A DNA stretch of 63,043 nt, the filler included, from Octopus bimaculoides (taxonomy: Eukaryota): the NCBI RefSeq assembly GCF_001194135.2. It is 4 parts of 4 records of this genome, joined end to end, with 100 filler letters (N's around TTAATTAATTAA, not from the genome) between each part and the next. Parts side by side here need not be neighbours in the genome. Positions count along the whole stretch, not along the records: positions 55,947 to 63,043 come from NW_026363677.1; 3 more parts are not named here. One strand, 5' to 3'. Shown here piece by piece: positions 61,265-63,043 of this stretch. Position 1 is the stretch's first letter. Each line of letters begins with the position of its first letter. The position numbers and the translations under genes are program-made. The notes beneath the pieces are model-generated. The model saw only the letters and a program-made list of their open reading frames with translations, made no database searches and had not been told where the DNA came from.

Positions 61265-62697
61265 NNNNNNNNNNNNNNNNNNNNNNNNNNNNNNNNNNNN
61301 NNNNNNNNNNNNNNNNNNNNNNNNNNNNNNNNNNNNNNNNNNNNNNNNNNNNNNNNNNNNNNNNNNNNNNNNNNNNNNNNNNNNNNNNNNNNNNNNNNNN
61401 NNNNNNNNNNNNNNNNNNNNNNNNNNNNNNNNNNNNNNNNNNNNNNNNNNNNNNNNNNNNNNNNNNNNNNNNNNNNNNNNNNNNNNNNNNNNNNNNNNNN
61501 NNNNNNNNNNNNNNNNNNNNNNNNNNNNNNNNNNNNNNNNNNNNNNNNNNNNNNNNNNNNNNNNNNNNNNNNNNNNNNNNNNNNNNNNNNNNNNNNNNNN
61601 NNNNNNNNNNNNNNNNNNNNNNNNNNNNNNNNNNNNNNNNNNNNNNNNNNNNNNNNNNNNNNNNNNNNNNNNNNNNNNNNNNNNNNNNNNNNNNNNNNNN
61701 NNNNNNNNNNNNNNNNNNNNNNNNNNNNNNNNNNNNNNNNNNNNNNNNNNNNNNNNNNNNNNNNNNNNNNNNNNNNNNNNNNNNNNNNNNNNNNNNNNNN
61801 NNNNNNNNNNNNNNNNNNNNNNNNNNNNNNNNNNNNNNNNNNNNNNNNNNNNNNNNNNNNNNNNNNNNNNNNNNNNNNNNNNNNNNNNNNNNNNNNNNNN
61901 NNNNNNNNNNNNNNNNNNNNNNNNNNNNNNNNNNNNNNNNNNNNNNNNNNNNNNNNNNNNNNNNNNNNNNNNNNNNNNNNNNNNNNNNNNNNNNNNNNNN
62001 NNNNNNNNNNNNNNNNNNNNNNNNNNNNNNNNNNNNNNNNNNNNNNNNNNNNNNNNNNNNNNNNNNNNNNNNNNNNNNNNNNNNNNNNNNNNNNNNNNNN
62101 NNNNNNNNNNNNNNNNNNNNNNNNNNNNNNNNNNNNNNNNNNNNNNNNNNNNNNTAGAAACCGGGAAACCGGGCCCATGAGCCTGGCTAGGCCTTAAAAG
62201 GGCGCAAAGAAAGAAGAAGGACAGTTTATGGGATTACCTTTATAGAAAGGCCAACGAGGTTTTGGGATCAGACGATATGCCATAAAGCTAAACCCTTTAT
62301 GGACGTGAAACCTAAAGTAATTCCATAAACCGGCCTTATCTAACTTTAATATATATATATATTCTGTTGTATCTGGGGAGAGTCATTTTCTTTTTGTGCC
62401 TTAATGAGTCAAGACTTGAAAAGGTTGCAAGACGCAACGAAAATTTTAGGAAAATAAAAATAAAGAAATAAGTGAAAATTTTAACGGTGTGTGTGTTAAA
62501 TTTTAAGGCACAATAAGAAAATGACTCTCCCCATACACAACAGAAATATATATATATGCAGACGATATATGTATAAACACAACAATATATAAATAAAATT
62601 TAATTAGAGTATGTGTTAACCTCGTGGAGGGATAATTTCATCCAAGGAAATTGATTTAATACCTAGTATTTTGGGTGAATGAATTTCCTTAAAATAA

Positions 62698-63043
62698 TAA
62701 GTAATTACAGAGGCATCAAGTTGTTAGATCAGGTTATGAAAGTTACAGAGAGGGTCATAGCCCAACTAATTAGGGAGCGAATCAATTTAGATGAGATGCA
62801 GTTTGGGTTCGTGCCAGGTAAAAGCACTACTGATGCCTTATTTCTAGTGAGACAGTTGCAGGAGAAATACCTAGCTAAGGATAAACCTCTGTACCTGGCT
62901 TTCGTTGACATGGAGAAAGCCTTTGACAGGGTCCCCTGATCCCTTATCTGGTGATCAATGAGGAAACTTGGGATAGAAGAATGGTTAGTGAGAGCTGTGC
63001 GAGCCATGTACAGAGATGCTACCAGTAAGGTGAGGGTTGGAAA
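62698..63043 (+). mobile_element. RTE LINE reverse transcriptase fragment running off the window
   Basis: NYRGIKLLDQVMKVTERV..QFGFVPGKSTTDA..AFVDMEKAFDRVP* with stops afterwards. Confidence 0.88.

Noticed and set aside
61042-62197. Very long ORFs of 200-370 aa in the ORF track (also around 6400-7100, 36900-37900, 56700-57600)
   Set aside because: They are made almost entirely of X from N gaps.

Overview
AT-rich, repeat-saturated metazoan genomic DNA with 12 assembly gaps. The SINE/LINE repertoire suggests a cephalopod, probably Octopus (inference). The only well-supported host gene is the 3' part of a TM7SF3 orthologue on the + strand: 8 GT-AG exons from 375 to 15981 with consistent phases, about 444 codons in the window, and the 5' exons upstream of the window. 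The other ~47 kb is mobile-element debris: at least nine R4/Dong-like restriction-endonuclease non-LTR retrotransposon pieces, most abutting (TAA)n; three Tx1/L1-like LINE copies, two of them facing each other; many RTE LINE 3' ends and tRNA-derived SINEs; a Tc1 pseudogene; and a Chapaev3-like transposase remnant nested in a piggyBac-type MITE. I found no convincing novel gene system. The most interesting signals are microsatellite-targeted stacking of Dong-like elements next to splice acceptors, several perfect fold-back hairpins at rearrangement junctions, and inverted repeats inside or just downstream of the TM7SF3 transcript. Protein-family calls rest on motifs I recognised from memory; no database search was run.
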